NCBI GenBank assembly: GCA_023431385.1
Contig: JAEYWA010000153.1
Location: 7,272 to 71,271 of the forward strand
Direction of reading: 5' to 3'
DNA: 64,000 nucleotides
From: Bacillota bacterium
Lineage (GTDB): Bacteria; Bacillota; Clostridia; Acetivibrionales; DSM-1351
The first letter of the stretch is position 1. Each line of letters opens with the position of its first letter. The notes under the pieces were generated by a model. The model did not search any database, had not been told where the DNA came from, and was given only the letters and a program-made list of their open reading frames with translations. Below are positions 36,588 to 45,485 of this stretch, one piece after another. The translations under genes and the position numbers were made by a program.

Positions 36588-37214
36588 ATGTTCAAATATG
36601 TAGTATTCGATGTAGACGGCACAATGGTAGATACTGAAGAAGCAGTAGTTTTCGCTTACCAGAGTGTAATTTTTAAAGAACACGGCAGATATTTTACTGA
36701 AGAAGAGCTTCTGAAGGGTTACGGAGTACCAACACCCAAGGCCCTTGAACGCTATGGGTTTACTGATATTGCTGGTGCCGAAAAGGATTACTATAGTTAT
36801 CTGGTTGAGGGGTTTAAGCGCTGTAAGACATTTGATGGAATTAATGAGTTGCTTGACAGCCTTAAGGATATGGGAGTTCCTATGGGAGTAGTTACCTCCA
36901 GATGCGATTACGAAATCAAAATTGACAACTGTTTACAGGGTTTTATAAATAAGTTTGATGGGGTAGTATGCTCTGATGACACCGTAAAACATAAGCCCGA
37001 AGCAGAGCCACTTCAAAAAGCGATGGAGATCCTTGGTGCAGCTGCCGAAGAAACCATTTATATCGGAGATACTCTCTATGATAGACAGTGTGCCAAAAAT
37101 GCAGGGGTAAAATTTGCTCTAGCATTGTGGGGATCAAATAATGCCGACAAAATTGACGCCGAATACTTTCTGAAATCCCCTTCAGAGCTGTTGAAGCTGC
37201 TAAAGGCTGAATAA
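36588..37214 (+). CDS. HAD-superfamily hydrolase (phosphoglycolate phosphatase-like)
   Basis: VVFDVDGTMVDTEE (motif I), VVTSR (motif II), GDTLYDRQCAKNAG (motif IV). ATG 36588 lies 5 nt after GGAGG. Confidence 0.8.
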   Translation: MFKYVVFDVDGTMVDTEEAVVFAYQSVIFKEHGRYFTEEELLKGYGVPTPKALERYGFTDIAGAEKDYYSYLVEGFKRCKTFDGINELLDSLKDMGVPMGVVTSRCDYEIKIDNCLQGFINKFDGVVCSDDTVKHKPEAEPLQKAMEILGAAAEETIYIGDTLYDRQCAKNAGVKFALALWGSNNADKIDAEYFLKSPSELLKLLKAE

Positions 37215-37278
37215 ATTTGCTGGCTAATTATAAACAATTGTAGAATAATTTGCCCAATGAAAAGCTGTCTTAATAATG

Positions 37279-38718
37279 TCAATTATAAGGCAGTTTTTTG
37301 TATCTTTTTCGAAACAGTCTTAAGGCAGTTAAAGCTGCTCCAATGAGTGATATTAATCCAGCACTGATATAGGTAACTCTCATTGCAAAGGCAAATTCCC
37401 CTTCTTTTCCCTCAACAAAGGTGGTTACCTTATAACCAAGCTGGCTGCTCATAACACCATACAATATAAGAGTTGAAACCGAAATACCTACGACCAACCC
37501 CAGGTTTCTCACCAAAGCATTTATACTGCCTGCTATTCCTACCCTGTCTTTTGGAACTGAAGACATTATAAGGGAATTATTTGGGGACTGAAACATTCCG
37601 TTTCCAAGAGCCATAATTGATATTATGACAATAAGCTTGACAGGTTCCAGGTTCTGATTCAGTGTAGCCATCATAAAGAACGCCGAAGAGAAAACTATCA
37701 GGCCTATTAACGTAAGAAGCTCTGATCCGATTTTGTCTGAAAGATGCCCGCTTATGGGAGCTACAACAAACAACACCATAGGATATGTCATTAAGTACAG
37801 TCCCGAAACTGAAGGTGACATTTTTATTACATCCTGTAAATAAAACGGTAAAAGTATATTGGAACAATTCATCGCAACGAAAAGCAGGAATCCGCAAAAA
37901 ATACTCAGTGAAAATAGCTGGTTCCTAAATATATTTAGCTGAAGCATTGGACTATCTTCGGTCAGTTCAACCTTTATAAACACGATAAATGCAGCTATGG
38001 CCAGTCCAAAGCCTATCAGAACAGTCGGCTTTGAAAAGCCGATCTGCTCACCGGCTAATATAGCTGCAAATAATGCCACTATAAAAACTAAAAAGAGCAG
38101 AGCGCCTTTTATATCTAATCTGGCCTTTATTCTTTCTTCATCTCTTGGAAGAATCTTAAGGCCAAATATAAATGCAAAAAAACCTATCGGAATATTAATC
38201 AGGAATATATACTGCCATGCCGCCCCATCTACAATAAAGCCTCCAAGGGGCGGCCCTACCAAGGTCCCCAGTGCTACAAACGAGCCTGTTATCCCCAATG
38301 CCTTTCCCCTTTCCCCTGCTGGAAAGACTCTGGTAATTATACCCTGATTAGTTGCCATAAAGCCAGCAGCGCCTACCGCCTGTATTACTCGTGCAAGTAC
38401 AAGCATATACAATGTGTTGGAAATTGCACACATTAGAGAACCTAAAGTGAAAATAACTATTCCTATTTTAAAAACCCTTACAGTCCCCTTTATATCTCCC
38501 AATCTTCCGAAGATAAGGATTGTGGCTGATATTGCAATCAAGTATGAGGAAACAATGATTGCTATTGAATTCATTCCAACTTTAAAATAGTCTGCCATAA
38601 CAGGAAGTGCAACATTCACTATACTGCTGTCAAGACAAGCCATAAAGGTCAGTAGAACTATATTGAAAAGGATTAATCCCCTATTTTTGAATTGGGGTTG
38701 AATTTCCATCAGACTCAA
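37279..38718 (-). CDS. MFS drug:H+ antiporter, 14-TM DHA2 (EmrB/QacA) type
   Basis: LDSSIVNVALP, GRLGDIKG, LARVIQAVGAAG motifs and 14 hydrophobic segments. The TTG start at 38718 is preceded by GGAGA. Confidence 0.85.
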   Translation of the reverse strand: MSLMEIQPQFKNRGLILFNIVLLTFMACLDSSIVNVALPVMADYFKVGMNSIAIIVSSYLIAISATILIFGRLGDIKGTVRVFKIGIVIFTLGSLMCAISNTLYMLVLARVIQAVGAAGFMATNQGIITRVFPAGERGKALGITGSFVALGTLVGPPLGGFIVDGAAWQYIFLINIPIGFFAFIFGLKILPRDEERIKARLDIKGALLFLVFIVALFAAILAGEQIGFSKPTVLIGFGLAIAAFIVFIKVELTEDSPMLQLNIFRNQLFSLSIFCGFLLFVAMNCSNILLPFYLQDVIKMSPSVSGLYLMTYPMVLFVVAPISGHLSDKIGSELLTLIGLIVFSSAFFMMATLNQNLEPVKLIVIISIMALGNGMFQSPNNSLIMSSVPKDRVGIAGSINALVRNLGLVVGISVSTLILYGVMSSQLGYKVTTFVEGKEGEFAFAMRVTYISAGLISLIGAALTALRLFRKRYKKLPYN

Positions 38719-38982
38719 ATTATCTCCATTTCATTATTTATTTTTTTTAATTTCTCTCATCAATTTCAATTTTCGCATAATAAATTCATATTAGAATAGC
38801 ACAATATTTGGCAGAATTCAACCTCAAATAGCGTACAATACAGCACGGTTTTAGGAGCTTTTTAGTCAAAAATAAAAGCAAAGCACTTTTTCATATGCTC
38901 TGCCATATTAATTACATATCTCCACTTATCGGAATTTCTACCGCCTCACTTTTGGTAAAAAGCTTATATACGGGTATTTTGC

Positions 38983-40311
38983 CTATTCTGCTGCCAGTCC
39001 GGCCATGTTAAGCAGGTTCCAGGGCTTATTATAATGTGGTTGGAAGAAGAAGTCGACAAAGGCTAGTTCATCAATTGTCATTTTATTCTGTATAACTACA
39101 GATAAGGTATTTATTGATTGGGTCAAATCGGCCTTCGATAAAATCTGAGCTCCTAGAATTACTCTTGTTTTGTTGTCATAAATAATCTTAAGCATTGCTT
39201 CATCATGAGTTGGCATAAATTCAGGTCTGTAATTTTCCCTGATCAGAATTGTCTTAATATCCAGATTAGAAGCCTTTGCCACGGTTTCCGTCAACCCTGT
39301 CGCCGCACAATTAAGCTCATAAATTTTTATACCTGAAGTAGCCTGAGTTCCAAGACTCTTTGTTGATGGCTTTACAAGATTCCTAGCTATTAATGTTCCC
39401 ATTCTGACTGCATTTGTTGCAAGAGGGATATACTGGTATTTTCCTGTAGGATTATAAAATACCGCACAGCAGTCACCGGCTGCAAATACATCCTTGCAGC
39501 TTGTTTGCATATATTCATCTACCATAATGGCCCCGTTGTTAAGCATATCAAGCTTACCCTTGAACAATTCAGTACTGGGTCTAAAACCAATACTAAGAAT
39601 AACCATATCGGCCTTGTAGGTGCCTTTATTGGTGACAACCCTCTCCACCTTGTTATTTTTTCCCTCGAATCTGATAACTGTTTCTGACAGCGCTAGCTGT
39701 ATTCCGTGTTTCTTATAGGTACCCTCGGCTATATCAGTAAATTCCTTGTCAAAATACTTACTCATTATTCTGTCTTCAGTATCAATAAGTGTAACATTCT
39801 TCCCCTGCTGTTCAAAAGCCTCAACCAGCTCTGCACCAATATAGCCAGCTCCTACAACAACTATATTTTCAGCAGCTTTGGATTTATCAATTATTGTTTC
39901 AGAATGATCAAAGTTCTTTGACAATTGAATATTTTCCAGTTCTATACCTTCAAGTTTAGGAATGATAGGCCATGAACCAGTTGTTATGATCAATTTATCA
40001 TAGTTGTCCACAAATACCATATTCTGGTTTAAATCCTTAACAACAAGGGACTTTTCGTCAAAATTGACCTCCAGTACCTCATGTTTCATTTTAGTAATAA
40101 CGCCAAGTTCCTTCAGCTTTTCCGGCGACGAATAGAACAATCCTGCCGGATCCTGTACAACACCACCGACATATAAAGCTATCCCACAGGATAGAAAGGA
40201 AATATTATTATTCTTTTCATATACAGTTATCTCAGCATCTTTATACCGATTGGCAATATTATTTGCTGCAGCTGTTCCAGCATGTGTACACCCTATAATC
40301 ACTACTTTCAT
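38983..40311 (-). CDS. FAD-dependent NADH oxidase / CoA-disulfide reductase family (single redox Cys)
   Basis: KVVIIGCTHAG (FAD fold), SFLSCGIALYVGG (active Cys), VVVGAGYIGAE (NAD fold), AAGDC. Confidence 0.8.
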   Translation of the reverse strand: MKVVIIGCTHAGTAAANNIANRYKDAEITVYEKNNNISFLSCGIALYVGGVVQDPAGLFYSSPEKLKELGVITKMKHEVLEVNFDEKSLVVKDLNQNMVFVDNYDKLIITTGSWPIIPKLEGIELENIQLSKNFDHSETIIDKSKAAENIVVVGAGYIGAELVEAFEQQGKNVTLIDTEDRIMSKYFDKEFTDIAEGTYKKHGIQLALSETVIRFEGKNNKVERVVTNKGTYKADMVILSIGFRPSTELFKGKLDMLNNGAIMVDEYMQTSCKDVFAAGDCCAVFYNPTGKYQYIPLATNAVRMGTLIARNLVKPSTKSLGTQATSGIKIYELNCAATGLTETVAKASNLDIKTILIRENYRPEFMPTHDEAMLKIIYDNKTRVILGAQILSKADLTQSINTLSVVIQNKMTIDELAFVDFFFQPHYNKPWNLLNMAGLAAE

Positions 40312-40423
40312 AATCTACCTCCTGTTAATCTCTCGGCCCTGACACAATGAAAAATATCTCATTAAACTTTAGTATACCACTATGCAAAAAATTAAAACAT
40401 ATCATCCAGTATTTTAAATGATA

Positions 40424-40467
40424 CAAAAAAAGAACATATACGTAACTTATGTTAAATATGTGTTCTT
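40424..40467 (-). terminator. Rho-independent terminator after the hemerythrin gene
   Basis: Minus strand reads AAGAACACATAT...ATATGTTCTT followed by TTTTTTT. Confidence 0.6.
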
Positions 40468-40515
40468 TTAATTAAATATGTACTTATTTGATAAATAATC
40501 AATATATTTTTAGTT

Positions 40516-40905
40516 TTACATTGTATAAGCTCTGTCTGTCTGCAGTATATGGTCAGAAATCCAGCTCACCACAAATTCAAGAATTTCCAGTAAATATTGC
40601 TCATGATCCATATCAATCTTTTCTAAATCTACACTGTTAATTTTTTCTATAAAATCATTATGTTCAACTTTATGGCTTAGTAACTTTCTATATCCTATAC
40701 TAGCCATATACTCTTCTTCAGATGTAAAATGAAAAACGGTATACTCCTTTAATTCGGCCAATAGTTTTAGTATACGGTCATACTTGTCAATGATAAGTTC
40801 ATTTTTCATAAGCTCATGAATCTCGCCAGCAATCTTGAATAATTCCTGATGTTGTTTGTCGATGTGTTCAATTCCCAGTAAATAATCATCTTTCCATGTA
40901 ATCAT
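40516..40905 (-). CDS. Bacteriohemerythrin-like protein
   Basis: ITWKDDYLLGIEHIDKQHQELF...H...FHFTSEEEYM...H..EH..F...H, the hemerythrin His/Glu ligand pattern. Confidence 0.85.
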   Translation of the reverse strand: MITWKDDYLLGIEHIDKQHQELFKIAGEIHELMKNELIIDKYDRILKLLAELKEYTVFHFTSEEEYMASIGYRKLLSHKVEHNDFIEKINSVDLEKIDMDHEQYLLEILEFVVSWISDHILQTDRAYTM

Positions 40906-41018
40906 GTTTATAACCCCCCATCTTTCTGCATACCTAAAATTTACATTAACATATATGCCAAATTATACTATAAGTTATTAATAAATCAACAGCTAAAATT
41001 CGGTAAATCTAGTTTAAT

Positions 41019-42137
41019 CTAGTATTCGTTTTCAGCACTCCACAACTTTCTTTTACGTCTGTTTTTATGATCATACATTTTGAGATCTATTTCATGGATA
41101 AATTGCTCAAGACTCATATCGTTTTTATAAGTGTCATAGGCGCAGCTATACCTTAATAAATAGGGCTTCCCACAGCGTATATTGTATCTGTCAACCATTT
41201 TTGACATCTTTGAAATTAAATCATTGATTTTGGATACAGAAAGACCGTAAATTAATATGATAAATTCATCTCCGCCCAATCGGATAACTATACCATAATC
41301 AGAATACACCTTCTGAAGAAGCTTTGCAAAGGCTTTCAAAGCATGGTCACCCTCCATATGTCCATAGGAATCATTAATGTCTTTAAAATAATCCAAGTCA
41401 ATCATAATTGCTGATAATGTACCTTCATTCTTCCTAGAATAAGCATCCAGGCACTTTTTCAGCACCACCCTGTTTCTTGCCCCGGTAAGGGAGTCCCGGT
41501 ACAGATCTCTCTGCTGTATCACAATAAACATCATAATTATTGTAAAAGTACTGCTACACCATATAAACCTTACCTGACTCAAGCTTATCTGAAGAATTAC
41601 CATAATGTTGGTAACGATGCCTATAGCCATAATATATGCAAACTCAAACCTCAAGAGCATTTTCTTGTTTATAACTATTACATAAAGACTATAGGAAAGA
41701 AAAACAAGTGAAATAACCAGCCAAATTATATTTCGAGAAAAACTTCCAGCTTCTATTTTTCCGATTCTGGAGGCTACAAACGACGCTATTGTGTTAAATA
41801 TAAGTAATATATTAAATAAAGTTGTAATTGGCCTTTTTAATTTACAGGATGAGAGAAAATAGGAACAAATAAATTTAAGAAAGAAGTAAGACAGCAACGG
41901 TGAAAGGGAGTACAATGCAAAATTTATGACTCGTATCCATAATAACGCTATTTCTGCCTCCAACAGTATATTTTGCACCATCTCCAGATTTATTAATAAT
42001 AAATTCAGAAATAAGGAAGCAATATAGATTTTATTTATTTGCATTTTTTTATCCAGAACACTTAAAGCGTATATTCCAAAAAGGAATATAACTGCACCGG
42101 ATAAAATATTCATCTGTTGATGAAATAAAAACTGCAT
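41019..42137 (-). CDS. Membrane-bound diguanylate cyclase (active GGDEF)
   Basis: About 7 TM helices, then DSLTGARNR, IDLDYFKDINDSYGHMEGD and RLGGDEF. ATG 42137 follows AAGGAG. Confidence 0.85.
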   Translation of the reverse strand: MQFLFHQQMNILSGAVIFLFGIYALSVLDKKMQINKIYIASLFLNLLLINLEMVQNILLEAEIALLWIRVINFALYSLSPLLSYFFLKFICSYFLSSCKLKRPITTLFNILLIFNTIASFVASRIGKIEAGSFSRNIIWLVISLVFLSYSLYVIVINKKMLLRFEFAYIMAIGIVTNIMVILQISLSQVRFIWCSSTFTIIMMFIVIQQRDLYRDSLTGARNRVVLKKCLDAYSRKNEGTLSAIMIDLDYFKDINDSYGHMEGDHALKAFAKLLQKVYSDYGIVIRLGGDEFIILIYGLSVSKINDLISKMSKMVDRYNIRCGKPYLLRYSCAYDTYKNDMSLEQFIHEIDLKMYDHKNRRKRKLWSAENEY

Positions 42138-42293
42138 ATTTTTGCTCCTTATGTGCATTTTTCTGCATAAATATAATAACATTTTACATTATTTTTCAAA
42201 TTTATTCAAATAAATTATCGTTAGAATTTACCACTTAAGGGTATATTTATTATATATAGTTATGATGTCCTACGGTAAATGGAGGTTAATAGT

Positions 42294-43244
42294 ATGAAAA
42301 ATAAATCTATAAACAAAATAGCAGTAGTCGGAACCGGTTTTGTGGGCTCAACCACAGCCTATACACTTATGCTAAGTGGACTGATATCAGAACTGGTTCT
42401 TATCGATATTAATACAAAAAAGGCAGAGGGCGAAGCAATGGATATGAATCATGGTATGCCTTTTGTCAGGCCAGTTAAAATATATAGTGGAACTTATTCT
42501 GATTGCAGCGATGCAGATATTGTAGTAATAACCGGCGGAGCCAATCAAAAACCAGGTGAAACCAGAATGGATCTGGTTAATAAAAATACAGCCATTTTTA
42601 AAGATGTTGTTGGTAATATAGTCAAGTACAACACCGATTGTATCCTTCTTGTAGTAACAAACCCCGTGGATATTCTGACCTACGTTACATTTAAACTTTC
42701 AGGATTTCCCAAGAATAGGGTTATCGGTTCAGGTACTGTATTGGATTCAGCCCGCTTCAAATTCATGATAGGCGAACATATGGGCATCGATCCAAGAAAT
42801 GTCCATGCTTACATTATCGGTGAACACGGAGATACCGAAGTTCCGACCTGGAGTACTGCTTCAATCGCCGGATTATCCATGGACGATTATTGCATGGAAT
42901 GCAAATCCTGTGACAGCAGGAGCTTTAAGGAAACTACCTATAATAATGTAAAAAATGCGGCTTATGAAATCATCGACCGCAAGGGTGCAACCTATTATGC
43001 TGTTGCACTAGCTGTCAGAAGAATTGTCGAGGCCATAGTCCGTAACGAGAACTCAATATTGACAGTATCCAGCCTGCTGGAAGGTGAGTATGGATTAAAT
43101 GATATCTGTTTGAGCATTCCAAGTCAGGTCAATTCCAACGGTATTGAAAGAATTATTAATGTACCACTGAGTTCTGAAGAGACTGAACTCCTAAATAAGT
43201 CAGCTCAGTCTCTGAAAAAGGTTATTGATGGCTTGCATCTATAA
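42294..43244 (+). CDS. ldh: L-lactate dehydrogenase
   Basis: [45 protein letters not shown] 42294 lies 8 nt after GGAGG. Confidence 0.9.
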   Translation: MKNKSINKIAVVGTGFVGSTTAYTLMLSGLISELVLIDINTKKAEGEAMDMNHGMPFVRPVKIYSGTYSDCSDADIVVITGGANQKPGETRMDLVNKNTAIFKDVVGNIVKYNTDCILLVVTNPVDILTYVTFKLSGFPKNRVIGSGTVLDSARFKFMIGEHMGIDPRNVHAYIIGEHGDTEVPTWSTASIAGLSMDDYCMECKSCDSRSFKETTYNNVKNAAYEIIDRKGATYYAVALAVRRIVEAIVRNENSILTVSSLLEGEYGLNDICLSIPSQVNSNGIERIINVPLSSEETELLNKSAQSLKKVIDGLHL

Positions 43245-44303
43245 TAGAATTTTCTTTAAAATTGTATTGCTCCTTAAGAACTCTTTTGCCTTGTTTCTGT
43301 TTTCCTCAACGTGAATACAAGTGTACCTGTTCGGTTTGATGGAAGGAGCAATGTCAATTGCTTTTTCAAAAGCCTCAGCCTGCATGTTAAGTGTCGCAAC
43401 ATAATCAAAAAAGCCTGTATCACTCAGGAATTTTTCAACACGCTCAACCCTGTGCTGTTGAACAAGACTCATCAGATATGTTGCGACTCCTACCTGAATA
43501 CCGTGAAGCTGAGGCTTGTCAAGTATTTTGTCCAGAGCATGAGAGATAAGATGTTCGCTTCCGCTGGCAGGAGAGCTATTCCCTGCAATTTCCATAGCAA
43601 CACCGCTCATGGTTAGTGAATCCACCATTTCCTTAAGGAAAAATGGCTCTGTTATATTTGAATATGGCATGCGTACAATACTATTAACCGATTTCTTAGC
43701 CAGCATGGCAGCAAAATCATCAACCTTTGAAGCATTGTTCTTCTCTTCAAAGTACCAGTCATAAACAGCTGAAATCTTTGAAACTATATCTCCTAAGCCT
43801 GAGTAAATAAACTTTGCAGGAGCATTTTTTATTACATCCAGGTCAACTATAATTCCAAACGGCATTGCTGCATGAACCGAGGTTCTTTTTCCGTTAATAA
43901 TAAGCGAGCAGCCCGAGCTGGAAAATCCGTCATTTGAAGTTGACGTCGGTATACTGATAAAGGGTAAATTGTTCAAAAAAGCTATATACTTTGCGGTATC
44001 TAGTACCTTTCCTCCTCCCACACCCACCACAGCATCTGTTTTAGACGGTATGGAGAAGGCCTTGGGTACAAGTTTTTCAATGGTTATATCATCAAAGTCA
44101 TAGGTCTCAAGAAGTGTAAGTGATTTTCTGCTCTCGATTGAGGAAATTATTTTCTCACCAAATAATTCTCTTATACCTTCCCCAAACAGAATAATTACTC
44201 TTGAAATATTTGCTCTTTCCAGATATGAACCCACATTGCCCAATATTCCGGTGTTTACCTCCATTATGGTAGGAATTTCAATCCTGTGAATAGCTGTACC
44301 CAT
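43239..44303 (-). CDS. sn-Glycerol-1-phosphate dehydrogenase-like (AraM/EgsA family; iron-ADH / glycerol dehydrogenase superfamily)
   Basis: [25 protein letters not shown] and [11 protein letters not shown]. The PT..S.DG..S motif favours G1PDH over GldA. ATG 44303 follows AGGAG. The 3' end overlaps the convergent ldh by 6 nt. Confidence 0.6.
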   Translation of the reverse strand: MGTAIHRIEIPTIMEVNTGILGNVGSYLERANISRVIILFGEGIRELFGEKIISSIESRKSLTLLETYDFDDITIEKLVPKAFSIPSKTDAVVGVGGGKVLDTAKYIAFLNNLPFISIPTSTSNDGFSSSGCSLIINGKRTSVHAAMPFGIIVDLDVIKNAPAKFIYSGLGDIVSKISAVYDWYFEEKNNASKVDDFAAMLAKKSVNSIVRMPYSNITEPFFLKEMVDSLTMSGVAMEIAGNSSPASGSEHLISHALDKILDKPQLHGIQVGVATYLMSLVQQHRVERVEKFLSDTGFFDYVATLNMQAEAFEKAIDIAPSIKPNRYTCIHVEENRNKAKEFLRSNTILKKILL

Positions 44304-44431
44304 AACAACTCCTATCTGCGTGCAGACTTCTATAAACTCTACACCAACTGATTTTGATTCTATGCAATTGGTCACCGGCCTTCCTGTAACTATTCCAAAC
44401 TTAATATTTCCCAGTCACTTTTTTCTGACCA

Positions 44432-45085
44432 CTATCCCAGCAAGCCCTTTGAGATCATATATTCCCCAACTTCGACATACCTGCTGAAGGGAACAAACGG
44501 AATACCTCGTTCAGCAAGAAGATTCTTAAGATCGTTCCTGGCAAAAGCGCAATCTGCTTCTTGTGCAGCACCTATATCCGGCTCGCTGTCCCCGGCAAAA
44601 TAAACCTTTTCATATTTTGCCTTGAGGGACAGTACAACTTTAGCCTTGTCAACCCCCCACATGCTGGAATAAAACTCGCTCTGAGAATCCGGCATTATGG
44701 TAATGCCTCTGTTGCAATACTTTCCTTCCATTGATATAACAGTTACATTATCTATTTTATGATGTGCAAGGAGTTTTTCTATATAATATGATGTTCCGGC
44801 ACTTAATATATAAAAATCTCCTCCGCAGTCTTCAACCTTTTTTATAAATTCTATGGCATATGGATCCAGCGGAAGCTCGAGAATATCCTGAAAAATTTCC
44901 TCCTCGTTTCTGTCCATGGAACCGAATATTTCATTGAGAAAATCCACATTTATTTTTTTAGTTTTCTTCCATTCATAATAATATTCCCAGGCCCAATCCT
45001 TTAAATACTTATCCATAACAATATGGTAAAAGTCTCTGTCTGTCAGTGTTCCGTCAAAATCAGATACAAATGCAAATTTTTTCAT
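44432..45085 (-). CDS. HAD-IB phosphatase (MtnX / phosphoserine phosphatase-like)
   Basis: FVSDFDGTLTDRDF (motif I), ILSAG (motif II), AGDSEPDIGAAQEADCAFAR (motif IV). ATG 45085 follows GGGAGA; in-frame ATG 45097 is the alternative. Confidence 0.75.
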   Translation of the reverse strand: MKKFAFVSDFDGTLTDRDFYHIVMDKYLKDWAWEYYYEWKKTKKINVDFLNEIFGSMDRNEEEIFQDILELPLDPYAIEFIKKVEDCGGDFYILSAGTSYYIEKLLAHHKIDNVTVISMEGKYCNRGITIMPDSQSEFYSSMWGVDKAKVVLSLKAKYEKVYFAGDSEPDIGAAQEADCAFARNDLKNLLAERGIPFVPFSRYVEVGEYMISKGLLG

Positions 45086-45209
45086 ATTATCTCCCATCTA
45101 AGCGCATAGCGCGTACACAAATAGTAGTGAAAAGACATGTACTGGCTTTTTGCATGCGTGAAAATCATGATGACTTACCACATGTTTTTTTCACGCTATT
45201 CTCCTATAT
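45086..45209 (-). promoter_or_regulatory. Conserved 5' leader, copy A (candidate riboswitch, attenuator or operator)
   Basis: The RNA-sense sequence aligns end to end with copy B at 61267-61381. Shared blocks: GGAGA(A)TAGCGTGAAAAA, GTA(A)GTCA, TTTCACGCA, GCAAAAA, TACG(C/T)GCT(A/C)TGCGC, TAGATGGG(A/T)G(A/C)TAATATG. It contains the hairpin GCGTGAAAA-N23-TTTTCACGC. Confidence 0.55.
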
Positions 45210-45485
45210 TTGGCACATCTCGTTTATAACCATTGCTTAAAATAATTATTTTAACCGTATAATGTATCGAGGCAATGCAGCAGTAATTCTAAATATTTTA
45301 CCCTGCACACCAATTAATATCATAGCATATCAGTACAAGACGGTAAATAGTTCAAAAGAGCTGACAACAGGTTTATAGCTGTCTTAATAGAAGGACTTGA
45401 TAAATAAACGTTGCAAAAAAGGTAAATAATATTTATTATTGTATAGGTATATAAAATAAAGAATTAATAAAGTAAAGGAACAAAA

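Noticed and set aside
45046-45240. Plus-strand ORFs 45046-45240 (64 aa) and 61163-61387 (74 aa), which share some similarity
   Set aside because: The similarity comes from the conserved leader DNA read antisense. There is no RBS, and both overlap the 5' ends of real minus-strand genes.
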